Source of the DNA: an uncultured Prevotellaceae bacterium
GTDB lineage: Bacteria; Bacteroidota; Bacteroidia; Bacteroidales; Muribaculaceae
Direction of reading: 5' to 3'
Assembly (NCBI GenBank): GCA_947167995.1
Contig: CAMVKS010000004.1
Span: 5,604 to 69,603 of the forward strand
Length of the DNA: 64,000 nt
Shown one piece after another: positions 28,301-36,671 of this stretch. The position numbers and the translations under genes are program-made. The notes beneath the pieces were generated by a model, which made no database searches, was not told the DNA's origin, and saw only the letters and a list, made by a program, of their open reading frames with translations. The stretch's first letter is position 1; each line of letters starts with the position of its first letter.

Positions 28301-29929
28301 ATGAAACTAAATTTCTTTGCGACAATAGCACTGTCAATGGCTTTGCTGCCTGCTGTGGCTCAAGTGGATGAGACAACTCCTGAAGGGCGCGCACGCCTTT
28401 CGTGCACCAGCATCATGGTGGGCAAGAACGCCAGCACCGACGGCTCGGTGATAACCTCCCACACCTGCGACTCATGGTACCGCACATGGATGACCATGAC
28501 ACCGGCACGCGACTATGAGAGCGGCGCGATGACCGCCATCTACGAGGGCCGCATGCACACACAAAGCGCCAGCGACAGCACCAAGCTCTATGTTAAGGGC
28601 ATGATTCCACAGGTGCGACACACGTTCCGCTTTCTCGACACCTCCTATCCCTGCTTGAACGAGAAACAGGTGGCGATGGGCGAGACCACCATTGGCGGCC
28701 GTGACACCTTGCGCAACAAGAATGGCATGTTCTATATCGAGGAGCTGCAGCGCATAGCTCTGGAACGATGCTCTACCGCAAGAGAAGCCATTGCCTTGAT
28801 GGGCAGTCTGGCCGAGCAGTACGGCTACTGCGACAGCGGCGAATGTCTCACCGTAGCCGACCCCAACGAGGTGTGGATCTTTGAGATATTTGGCGCAGGT
28901 CCCAAGAAAGTGGGAGCCGTGTGGGCTGCCGTGCGCATCCCCGACGACGAGATTGCCGTCTCGGCCAACATTTCGCGCATCGGCACCCTCGACCTCAACG
29001 ACAAGGATCATTACATGGCCTCGGCCAACGTCAAGGAAGTCGCCCGCCAGCTCAAGCTGTGGGACGGAAAAGAGGAGTTCAACTTCTTCAAAGCCTATAG
29101 CGGCGAGAACTACTTCCATGAGAAGAAAAACTACAGCGTGCGTGAGCACTATATCATGAGTGTGCTGGCGCCATCGCTCAACCTGAGCGACACAGTGGCA
29201 TGGCTGCCGCTGAGCGTGAAACCCGATGCAAAGGTGAGTCCCGAGCAGGTGATGCAGTTGCTGGGAAGCTACTACGAGGGTTCCGACAAGAACCTGAGCG
29301 GACGTCACATGATTCCCAACCCTAAACGACGCGACAAGGACGGCAACCTCGTGGAGAATGAGCCCGATAGCATAGTATCGCCATTCAGCAACCCATGGAT
29401 GCGCCCCGACGAGATAAACATGTACTACGCCATGGGCGACTCGGCGATGAAGAACATACGCACCGTGAGCGTGCCCTGGTGTGCCTACAGTACTGTCATC
29501 CAGTGTCGCTCATGGTTGCCCAACGAGATAGGCGGCGTGGCTTGGGTGGCCCTCGACAATCCTGGCGAGAGTCCACGATTCCCAATCTTCGCAGGCACTA
29601 CCGAGCTCCCCAAGATGTTGCAGGTGTGTGGCCAGCACAGCGACCGCGACGATGCCGCCCTGTGGCACTACCGCAAGGCCAACCGTCTCGCCACCGTGCG
29701 CTGGGGCAAATTCCGCTCTATAATAGAGCCGCAACGCGACTACTTCACCGAGAAGGGCATGAGAGAACTGCACTATGTTGAACAGACCTGGCAGAGACTC
29801 AACGCCACCACCCCCGACAAGGCACAATCAATGCTCAACGGATATGTCGCCGACTTCTTCGGAGCCACTATCTTGCGCTGGGACGAAATCGCACGCGACC
29901 TGTGGCGACAAAACTGGACTGGATTTTAA
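28301..29929 (+). CDS. Peptidase C69 family dipeptidase, secreted
   Basis: SCTSIMVGKNASTDGS N-terminal nucleophile motif, LNEKQVAMGETT; signal peptide ending LPAVA|Q. Confidence 0.9.
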   Translation: MKLNFFATIALSMALLPAVAQVDETTPEGRARLSCTSIMVGKNASTDGSVITSHTCDSWYRTWMTMTPARDYESGAMTAIYEGRMHTQSASDSTKLYVKGMIPQVRHTFRFLDTSYPCLNEKQVAMGETTIGGRDTLRNKNGMFYIEELQRIALERCSTAREAIALMGSLAEQYGYCDSGECLTVADPNEVWIFEIFGAGPKKVGAVWAAVRIPDDEIAVSANISRIGTLDLNDKDHYMASANVKEVARQLKLWDGKEEFNFFKAYSGENYFHEKKNYSVREHYIMSVLAPSLNLSDTVAWLPLSVKPDAKVSPEQVMQLLGSYYEGSDKNLSGRHMIPNPKRRDKDGNLVENEPDSIVSPFSNPWMRPDEINMYYAMGDSAMKNIRTVSVPWCAYSTVIQCRSWLPNEIGGVAWVALDNPGESPRFPIFAGTTELPKMLQVCGQHSDRDDAALWHYRKANRLATVRWGKFRSIIEPQRDYFTEKGMRELHYVEQTWQRLNATTPDKAQSMLNGYVADFFGATILRWDEIARDLWRQNWTGF

Positions 29930-29964
29930 TATATAGCTCATAGTTGATCGTCGCAAGCACAAAC

Positions 29965-30000
29965 TTAAACACTTAACATTTACTACTTAACACTTAATAA
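29965..30000 (+). repeat. TTAACAC-type heptamer tract immediately upstream of ychF (family A)
   Basis: TTAAACAC TTAACAT TTACTAC TTAACAC TTAATAA, then TT-ATG. Confidence 0.75.
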
Positions 30001-30002
30001 TT

Positions 30003-31103
30003 ATGGCACTTCAATGTGGTATCGTGGGACTTCCCAACGTGGGCAAGTCAACATTGTTCAACTGCTTGTCGAATGCTAAGGCACAATCGGCAAATTTTCC
30101 CTTCTGTACAATAGAGCCCAACGTGGGCGTAATCACCGTTCCCGACGAGCGACTTAACAAGCTTGCCGAGCTGGTTAATCCTGCCAGGGTGGTACCCACG
30201 ACAGTGGAAATTGTCGATATTGCCGGCCTGGTGAAAGGAGCAAGCCGAGGTGAGGGCCTGGGCAACAAGTTCCTTGCCAACATACGCGAGACCGATGCCA
30301 TCTTGCACGTGCTTCGTTGCTTTGACGACGACAACATCACCCACGTGGATGGTACTGTCGACCCCGTGCGCGACAAGGAAGTGATCGACACCGAGCTCCA
30401 GCTGCGCGACCTCGAGACCATTGAGAGCCGCATAGGCAAGGTGGCTAAGATGGCAGCTGCCGGAGAGCGCGATGCCAAGATGCAGCACGAGGTACTCAAG
30501 CGATATCAGGAAGTGCTGAGCCAGGGCAAGAGCGCACGCAGCGTCACCCTCGAGACTAAAGACGAGCAGAAATTTGCCCACGACTTGTTCCTGTTGACCA
30601 ACAAGCCAGTGCTCTACGTGTGCAACGTCGACGATGCCAGTGCCGTAACTGGCAACAAATATGTGGATGCAGTGCGTGAAGCCGTCAAGGAAGAGAATGC
30701 CGAGATTCTCGTTGTGGCAGCGCAGACCGAGAGCGACATCGCCGAGCTCGAGACCTATGAGGAGCGACAGATGTTCCTCGAGGAAATAGGACTGAAGGAG
30801 AGCGGTGTGAACCGATTGATCAAGGCTGCCTACAAGCTGCTCGACCTTGAGACGTTCCTCACCGCTGGACCCAAAGAGGTGCGCGCCTGGACTTTCCGCA
30901 AGGGCAGCAAGGCACCACAGTGCGCCGGCGTGATTCACACCGACTTCGAGCGTGGCTTCATTCGTGCCGAAATCATAAAATATGAGGACTACATCCACTA
31001 TGGCAGCGAGGCGGCAGTGAAAGAGGCTGGCAAAATGCACATCGAGGGCAAAGACTACGTGTTCCAGGACGGCGACATCGTGGTGTTCCGCTTCAACGTC
31101 TAA
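30003..31103 (+). CDS. ychF: Redox-regulated ribosome-binding ATPase YchF
   Basis: GIVGLPNVGKSTLFN, NFPFCTIEPN, DIAGLV, GLGNKFL, C-terminal TGS domain ending DGDIVVFRFNV. Confidence 0.99.
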   Translation: MALQCGIVGLPNVGKSTLFNCLSNAKAQSANFPFCTIEPNVGVITVPDERLNKLAELVNPARVVPTTVEIVDIAGLVKGASRGEGLGNKFLANIRETDAILHVLRCFDDDNITHVDGTVDPVRDKEVIDTELQLRDLETIESRIGKVAKMAAAGERDAKMQHEVLKRYQEVLSQGKSARSVTLETKDEQKFAHDLFLLTNKPVLYVCNVDDASAVTGNKYVDAVREAVKEENAEILVVAAQTESDIAELETYEERQMFLEEIGLKESGVNRLIKAAYKLLDLETFLTAGPKEVRAWTFRKGSKAPQCAGVIHTDFERGFIRAEIIKYEDYIHYGSEAAVKEAGKMHIEGKDYVFQDGDIVVFRFNV

Positions 31104-31347
31104 TCACCTGCACATCTCTACGGAGATAAACTCTACGGAGTCTTGGAGTAATGGAGTTGAAAAATAAAAACTCCTTGGACTCCGTAGGCTTTGAATGGTA
31201 TTCCGCTTCAACGTCTAATTACCTACACCTCTCTACGGAGATTTATTCTACGGAGTCTTGGAGTAATGGAGTTGAAAAACAAAAACTCCTTGGACTCCAT
31301 GACTCCGTAGACTTTAAGCAGTGAACTCCGTAGACTTTAAATCACCT
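31080..31347 (+). repeat. Two-unit array of the same repeat, starting inside the ychF 3' end
   Basis: ychF tail at 31080 and a second tail ATGGTATTCCGCTTCAACGTCTAA at 31195; same CTACGGAGTC/GACTCCGTAG hairpins; ends at the CotH-2 stop codon. Confidence 0.97.
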
Positions 31348-33117
31348 TAGAATAAGGTTGTAAAGGGCGGTGATATCGGCGGCAGTAATTTCTCCGTCGC
31401 TGGTTATATCGCTTGTACTTAGGAAAGTATCATTACCATTAAGTAAATAATCGTAGAGGGTGGTGATGTCGGCAGCAGTGACGATTCCGTCGCAGTTCAC
31501 ATCGCCATTTGCTACGCTCCACTGCTCGTTGAGCCAGTTGTATTTGCTTTGAAAATAGCTCTTGAAGAGGTCACGGTCATAGTAAAGTTCGGCATTACCA
31601 TAATCGGGCCACCTTAATGCATCAAAAATTGCCGCTTGGTAAATCTTATTAATAAAACTGTCAATAAAGCTATCTGTCATCTCCTTGTAATGTAGCGAGA
31701 CATATCGCCGCCAATGTTTCTTAACTATCTGCTGGAAATGCGGAAATTTTGCAATCTCGCCAATCCATGTCTGCGTGGTCATAGGCTCCTCGTAAATAAA
31801 CTTGTCGGTGATGCCACGACAGAAAGCGTTGCCGAAATCCCACACTGGCCCGAACAAAATCTTCGAGCTTTCTCCTTTTTCCTTATGCCAGAAGCAGCTG
31901 CCATGGAACGACTCGGTGTCGTCGAGCAACTCCTGTACGATATAGAAGCAAGCCAATGTATCGGGGTCGATATATGTCTCCCAACTGTTGTCGGTCTTGT
32001 CGGTGACATAGATTGCTGAATCTACAATATTTATTAAGTCTAGGAGATATTCTCGCTGGGGGTAGCTCAGGTGTTCGGGTGACTTGTAGGTCAAGTTAAT
32101 CGCCTGTCCGTTGCTCTCAACGGTTTGAATCTGCTCCTCTTCATAGTAATTGTCAATCTCAACCAGCCAGCCACCAGTAATCTTGAGACTGTCGGTCTCA
32201 TAATCGGCCTGCTCCGTCACATTTACGCGGTTGGGTTCTACACGCACCGTTTCGGTTAGCATATAAAGCCCAATATAGTCGCCATTGAGCACCACCTCTA
32301 CTGGTCGCTGCGACGGTGTCCACGCAAGCCCCAACTGCCTGCTCAACTCATATCCCACAGCGTGACGCAGAAAACCCAGATAGTCATCGGCATTGGCAAT
32401 CAATGCCCAATGCTTATTGCGTTTCATGCCCAGCAGTGCTGTTTTCTTGTCGAGCTTGATGCGGTAAGGCTTCTTGTCGTAGTATTCCCATGTATAGTTT
32501 CCGCGCCCTCTAATCTGCATCAGATTTGGAGCATCGGCAGCCCCCACATTGTCAATGCCCTCGATGCCCATGTTGTCAATATAATAATAGGCATAAATGT
32601 ATTCATCTTTTGATGTTATGGGCATAGAATCCTCGGTGTTGATGAACATCACAGGCAAAGTCCCAGAGTAGGATATTGGCTGACCGAGCATCAACCAGAT
32701 TCCCGATGTCCAATTATTTCCACCAGTTGGTGTGAACACCCACCCTACCGGGATAGGGATGTTGAAAGTCGTGGTGTGCTTTCCGTTTAGCGAGATGATT
32801 CTGGTAATCATGCTCGAAGGATCCTCGTTATAAAACCCATCGGGTAACGAAGTCTCGACAAAGCAATAGCAGTGCATTCCTGTCACAGTCTCGGGGATTG
32901 TGATACTCCAAAGACTGTCCTCCTCATTTGTCATTGTCACCACATAGATCTCGGAATTAGAATAGTTGCCATAGACAAACTTCACAACGGAGTAATTTGT
33001 CAGCGAATTGTTGAAATAAAACTTACCTTTGGGAATGTTGAGCGCACTAACAGTAAAACCAGCCAATGCCACCAATAACACACAGAAGAATATAATCAGT
33101 TTTTTCATCACAATCAT
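31342..33117 (-). CDS. CotH-family secreted kinase with C-terminal dockerin (copy 2)
   Basis: RGRGNYTW...KKPYRIKL, LYMLTETV, GPVWDFGNA; terminal GDVNCDGIVTAADITTLY / DITSDGEITAADITALY. Confidence 0.9.
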   Translation of the reverse strand: MIVMKKLIIFFCVLLVALAGFTVSALNIPKGKFYFNNSLTNYSVVKFVYGNYSNSEIYVVTMTNEEDSLWSITIPETVTGMHCYCFVETSLPDGFYNEDPSSMITRIISLNGKHTTTFNIPIPVGWVFTPTGGNNWTSGIWLMLGQPISYSGTLPVMFINTEDSMPITSKDEYIYAYYYIDNMGIEGIDNVGAADAPNLMQIRGRGNYTWEYYDKKPYRIKLDKKTALLGMKRNKHWALIANADDYLGFLRHAVGYELSRQLGLAWTPSQRPVEVVLNGDYIGLYMLTETVRVEPNRVNVTEQADYETDSLKITGGWLVEIDNYYEEEQIQTVESNGQAINLTYKSPEHLSYPQREYLLDLINIVDSAIYVTDKTDNSWETYIDPDTLACFYIVQELLDDTESFHGSCFWHKEKGESSKILFGPVWDFGNAFCRGITDKFIYEEPMTTQTWIGEIAKFPHFQQIVKKHWRRYVSLHYKEMTDSFIDSFINKIYQAAIFDALRWPDYGNAELYYDRDLFKSYFQSKYNWLNEQWSVANGDVNCDGIVTAADITTLYDYLLNGNDTFLSTSDITSDGEITAADITALYNLILR

Positions 33118-33132
33118 ATATATGTTAGTATT

Positions 33133-34230
33133 TTATTTCAGCACTTGTTTATATACATCAAGCGTCTGCTTGGCGATTCTATCCCAGTTGTAGTCGCTCA
33201 GGTCGTAATGTTGTAATTGAAAATCCTTGTTAAGAGCATCTTTGATGCCCTCGGCGAGGGCATCGCTGTCGGCCACTTCCACATAGTTGTCCTTGGGGAG
33301 TTCAATGAGGTGTGTGGCAGGAATGTCGCTCACCACAAGTGGCAACTGATAGCTCATCGCCTCGAGTAACACCAAGGGGAACCCCTCGTTCACCGACGAG
33401 AGCACATAGAGGCGCGCGTGGCTATAGAGCTGTCGCAGGTCCTCGCCCTGGGTGAACCCGGTGAAGATAACTTTATCGTTCCAGTCGAGCTGCTTGAGCA
33501 TCTTGAAATAGCTTGTGTCGTGGTCGCTGGCACCGGCAATGACCAAATGCTTCACTTCGTCGAGCTTGTTGACAGCCTCGACAAGATACTCAAAGCCTTT
33601 CTCGGGCGTGAGCCTTCCCACCGAGAGGATGAAGTCGCGCGGTTCAATCTCGAGTCGTCGCAGCAGTCCCGTGCTTCGACCTATTTTTGTCTTGTTGATG
33701 CCATTGGGGATAAATACCGACTTCGCCAGCACTTTCTCTCCGAGTTTCTCGCGCTGGAAACTGTTGACAAAGATTATCTTGCTTGCGCAGTTGAGCGAGA
33801 TCTTCTCCGAAATCTTCAGGATGGCGCGGCTCACCCTTCCCCACTTCTTGTGCTCGTAGTTGGGGCTGTGATAGGTGAGGATGATGGGGATGCGAAAGAG
33901 CTTGATGAGCGGAGCAAACATGCCTGGCCCAATGTTGTGGATGTGCACGGCGTCGGGCCGGTGGAAGATGATGTGGATAGTGGCAAGGAAGGTGTGAATC
34001 ACCGCCTCCAGTCCCTTGATGCGGGTTGAAGGCAGGTCGACATACTCGGTGTTCTTGAACTTGCGTGCCGAGACCTCGGTGAGGTAGGGCCGGCGTCGGT
34101 AGATGCGCAGGCGGTAGTTCTTGTGCATGCGAGTGTAGATGTTCTCACAGTGCATCTCCACACCACCCTGCACGCCTGGAAATCCTCTAACCCCTATTAC
34201 CGAAATTACCTTCATTGCATCAAGCGACAA
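33133..34230 (-). CDS. Glycosyltransferase family 4
   Basis: GVRGFPGVQGGVE N-terminus, VGRLTPEKG, EGFPLVLLEAM. Confidence 0.93.
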   Translation of the reverse strand: MSLDAMKVISVIGVRGFPGVQGGVEMHCENIYTRMHKNYRLRIYRRRPYLTEVSARKFKNTEYVDLPSTRIKGLEAVIHTFLATIHIIFHRPDAVHIHNIGPGMFAPLIKLFRIPIILTYHSPNYEHKKWGRVSRAILKISEKISLNCASKIIFVNSFQREKLGEKVLAKSVFIPNGINKTKIGRSTGLLRRLEIEPRDFILSVGRLTPEKGFEYLVEAVNKLDEVKHLVIAGASDHDTSYFKMLKQLDWNDKVIFTGFTQGEDLRQLYSHARLYVLSSVNEGFPLVLLEAMSYQLPLVVSDIPATHLIELPKDNYVEVADSDALAEGIKDALNKDFQLQHYDLSDYNWDRIAKQTLDVYKQVLK

Positions 34231-34236
34231 GTAAAA

Positions 34237-35244
34237 TTAATCCCAACAGATGTCCTTGCCCTGGCGGATGCGCCACTTGTTCTTGATGATCCACTTGATG
34301 GGAATCCACGGGCGACGAACCATGTCGTGACGCTCGGTGACGATGAACGCGCAGTTGCGGTCACAGGCCTGCACCTTCTTGAGAGCCTCCCGGGCCTTGT
34401 CGCTGTTCATGATTTCCTCGAAGCTCTGCTCCTTGATGTTGCCCATTATCCACTCCTCGCTCGAGCCGTTGCAGGGCGACACATTACCCCAGGGGTCGAT
34501 GAAGAAGAAGTCGGTGAGCGCACCGCAGGCAGGTCGGTAGCCTGCCTCGTCGCCACGCAGGCGGCGGTGTATGGAACGGTTGAAGAATGCTCGGCCATAG
34601 TCCTTGAGGCGGTCTTTGAGGTGGCGGCGCTTGCTCGTGAGCAAGGCTTTGACAAAGAGTTCGTGCTGCTTGAGAGCGTCTTCGCTCACGATCTCGTTGT
34701 CGTCCTTGTGGAAGTACCACGAGTTGTGCACTGCCGAGTTGCCCAGCTCCACATCGAGTGCCACGCACAGCTCATAGAGCCACACGAGGTCCTTGTAGTT
34801 GTCGGGCGAAATCACCACCGAGAAGCCAATGTTCTTGCACTTGGTCTTCTTGAGCTCGAGCATGGTGCGCAGTGCGTGGTCGAAGCCGTTGACCAGCCCG
34901 CGCTTGGTGTCGTTGATTTTAGGAAGTCCCTCTACGCTCACGCGTATCAAGATGTTGGGGTATTTGTTGGCAAGCTCGACAATCTTCTCGGTATTGTATC
35001 CGTTAGTGCTCAGCTCCAGCAGAGCCGACTTGGGATACAAAATCTCGAAAATCTTGTCGATGTCCTTGCGGATGGTGGCTTCACCACCCGTTATGTTGAT
35101 GCGCAGTCCATCGGGCAACTTCTCGTAGTAGGAGGCGTCAATCTCCTCCTCGGGCTTGGTGGGGAACTTCCAAATGTTGCACATGTTACACTTGGCGTTG
35201 CACCTGAAAGTTGTGATGAGACTGCCTTGAACGGTATTTTTCAT
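34237..35244 (-). CDS. Radical SAM protein with Twitch/SPASM-like C-terminal domain
   Basis: CNAKCNMC (CxxxCxxC), ITGGE, CGA...IDPWGNVSPC...GNI. Confidence 0.93.
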   Translation of the reverse strand: MKNTVQGSLITTFRCNAKCNMCNIWKFPTKPEEEIDASYYEKLPDGLRINITGGEATIRKDIDKIFEILYPKSALLELSTNGYNTEKIVELANKYPNILIRVSVEGLPKINDTKRGLVNGFDHALRTMLELKKTKCKNIGFSVVISPDNYKDLVWLYELCVALDVELGNSAVHNSWYFHKDDNEIVSEDALKQHELFVKALLTSKRRHLKDRLKDYGRAFFNRSIHRRLRGDEAGYRPACGALTDFFFIDPWGNVSPCNGSSEEWIMGNIKEQSFEEIMNSDKAREALKKVQACDRNCAFIVTERHDMVRRPWIPIKWIIKNKWRIRQGKDICWD

Positions 35245-35390
35245 CTAAAAAATGTAGCGCTATTATGTTGGATATATCCTAACTATATAAATAACTCATT
35301 GAAAAATAAATTATTGCCTTGGGGGCAACAATTATTTATCAACAAGTGCCTCGTTGCCCCACCACACGGTGGGAGGACAAAAAGAGCGTG

Positions 35391-35398
35391 CAAAGTTA
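35391..35398 (-). promoter_or_regulatory. Internal -7 box upstream of the radical SAM gene
   Basis: TAACTTTG on the - strand ~147 nt upstream of the ATG. Confidence 0.5.
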
Positions 35399-35456
35399 CA
35401 AGAAAAAACGCTACACGCCAAACAATAGTCTCAGAAAAAGATTAATAACTACAAAA

Positions 35457-36656
35457 TCAGGCTCCGTAGATTTCCATCACCTGCTCAAGATGCTTATTTA
35501 GAGAGAATCGCACGCCTGCAGCCTCCTTTATGGAGCTGTAATGCCATTGTGTAGAGAAAGCCTGATTGATGGCTGAGGCAAGATCATCTCGGTTTCCCGA
35601 AGCAAAGGTGATGCCGTTACCTTCATCGAGAAGCTCGGGGATGCCGCCAATGCGTGCTCCCACCACAGGCGTGCCGGCACAGAGCGATTCAATCACCCCG
35701 AGAGGATTGTTGTCATAACATTCACTTGGCATGACCGAAAACTGTGCTTTACTGAGAAGCTCGGCAACTTGCTTAGAATCCAATCGTCCACAAAACTCAA
35801 TGTTACTGTTTTCGCTGTATTGCTGCTTGAGTGTGGCCATCAGTGGCCCATCGCCGGCAACCTTGAGGTTGCAGGGCAACTTGGACGCAACATTGAGCAG
35901 AGTTTCCACACCTTTCTCGGGCGAGAGCCTGCCCACATAAACATAGTAATCTTCGCGCCCGGCTCCCACCGAGTCATAAAGCCTTAGCTTCTCGGGGTCG
36001 ATGTGGTTGCACACCACATGAAGTTTCTCGGGGTCGAAGTCGTCTTTCTTCATCTTGCTTGCCATGAAGTTACTGGGGCAGATGAAGGCATCGGTATAGC
36101 TTTCGAGCACGCTGCGGTTCCATTTCCTCGCTTCGAGCCATGCCAGTGCGCTGGCAACCAAGCTGCCTTTCATGCATCGGTTCTTGAGCACATGGGCCTT
36201 GCCGTGCCCAATGCATTTTTCGCAAGGCTTCCCATTCAGCAAGCAAGCATAGGAAGGGCACACAAGTTTGTAGTCGTGAAGCGTCCACACCACTCTACAA
36301 CCGTGGCACTTGGCAATCTTGGCCAGCACAGGCGACAGATAGGAATGGATGTTGTGCAGATGCACGATGTCGGGCTTGAAGTCATCGAGAATCCTGTTGA
36401 AGGATGTCTTGATGTCGCCCCACCCCATCAGCCGCTTGGCTGCCCTGACCTTGTTGCCTATCGAGCCGGCAAAGTCCACTTGCGAGGCATAGTAGCCGTT
36501 CCACCCCGACTCCACATTCTCGGGATGCTGCATGGCAAATACTGCCACCTCATGGCCTTGCTCCCGGAGCAATTGCTCGAGATTCATCGCCACCACGCAG
36601 TCGCCACCGCGGGGATAGTAAAACTTGTTTGCTATGAGAATGCGCTTCTTTTCCAT
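35457..36656 (-). CDS. Glycosyltransferase family 4
   Basis: NKFYYPRGG, VGRLSPEKGV, DNNPLGVIESL. Confidence 0.93.
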   Translation of the reverse strand: MEKKRILIANKFYYPRGGDCVVAMNLEQLLREQGHEVAVFAMQHPENVESGWNGYYASQVDFAGSIGNKVRAAKRLMGWGDIKTSFNRILDDFKPDIVHLHNIHSYLSPVLAKIAKCHGCRVVWTLHDYKLVCPSYACLLNGKPCEKCIGHGKAHVLKNRCMKGSLVASALAWLEARKWNRSVLESYTDAFICPSNFMASKMKKDDFDPEKLHVVCNHIDPEKLRLYDSVGAGREDYYVYVGRLSPEKGVETLLNVASKLPCNLKVAGDGPLMATLKQQYSENSNIEFCGRLDSKQVAELLSKAQFSVMPSECYDNNPLGVIESLCAGTPVVGARIGGIPELLDEGNGITFASGNRDDLASAINQAFSTQWHYSSIKEAAGVRFSLNKHLEQVMEIYGA

Positions 36657-36671
36657 AATGAGAATGCAGAA

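Noticed and set aside
25728-31220. Diversity-generating retroelement template/variable repeat pair
   Set aside because: Several mismatches near the ychF tail are at array adenines, but others are not (e.g. ACTATATT vs GATAAACT), and no reverse transcriptase is present.
14496-33117. Cellulosome gene cluster
   Set aside because: No cohesin/scaffoldin or glycoside hydrolase domain was recognised on the dockerin proteins.
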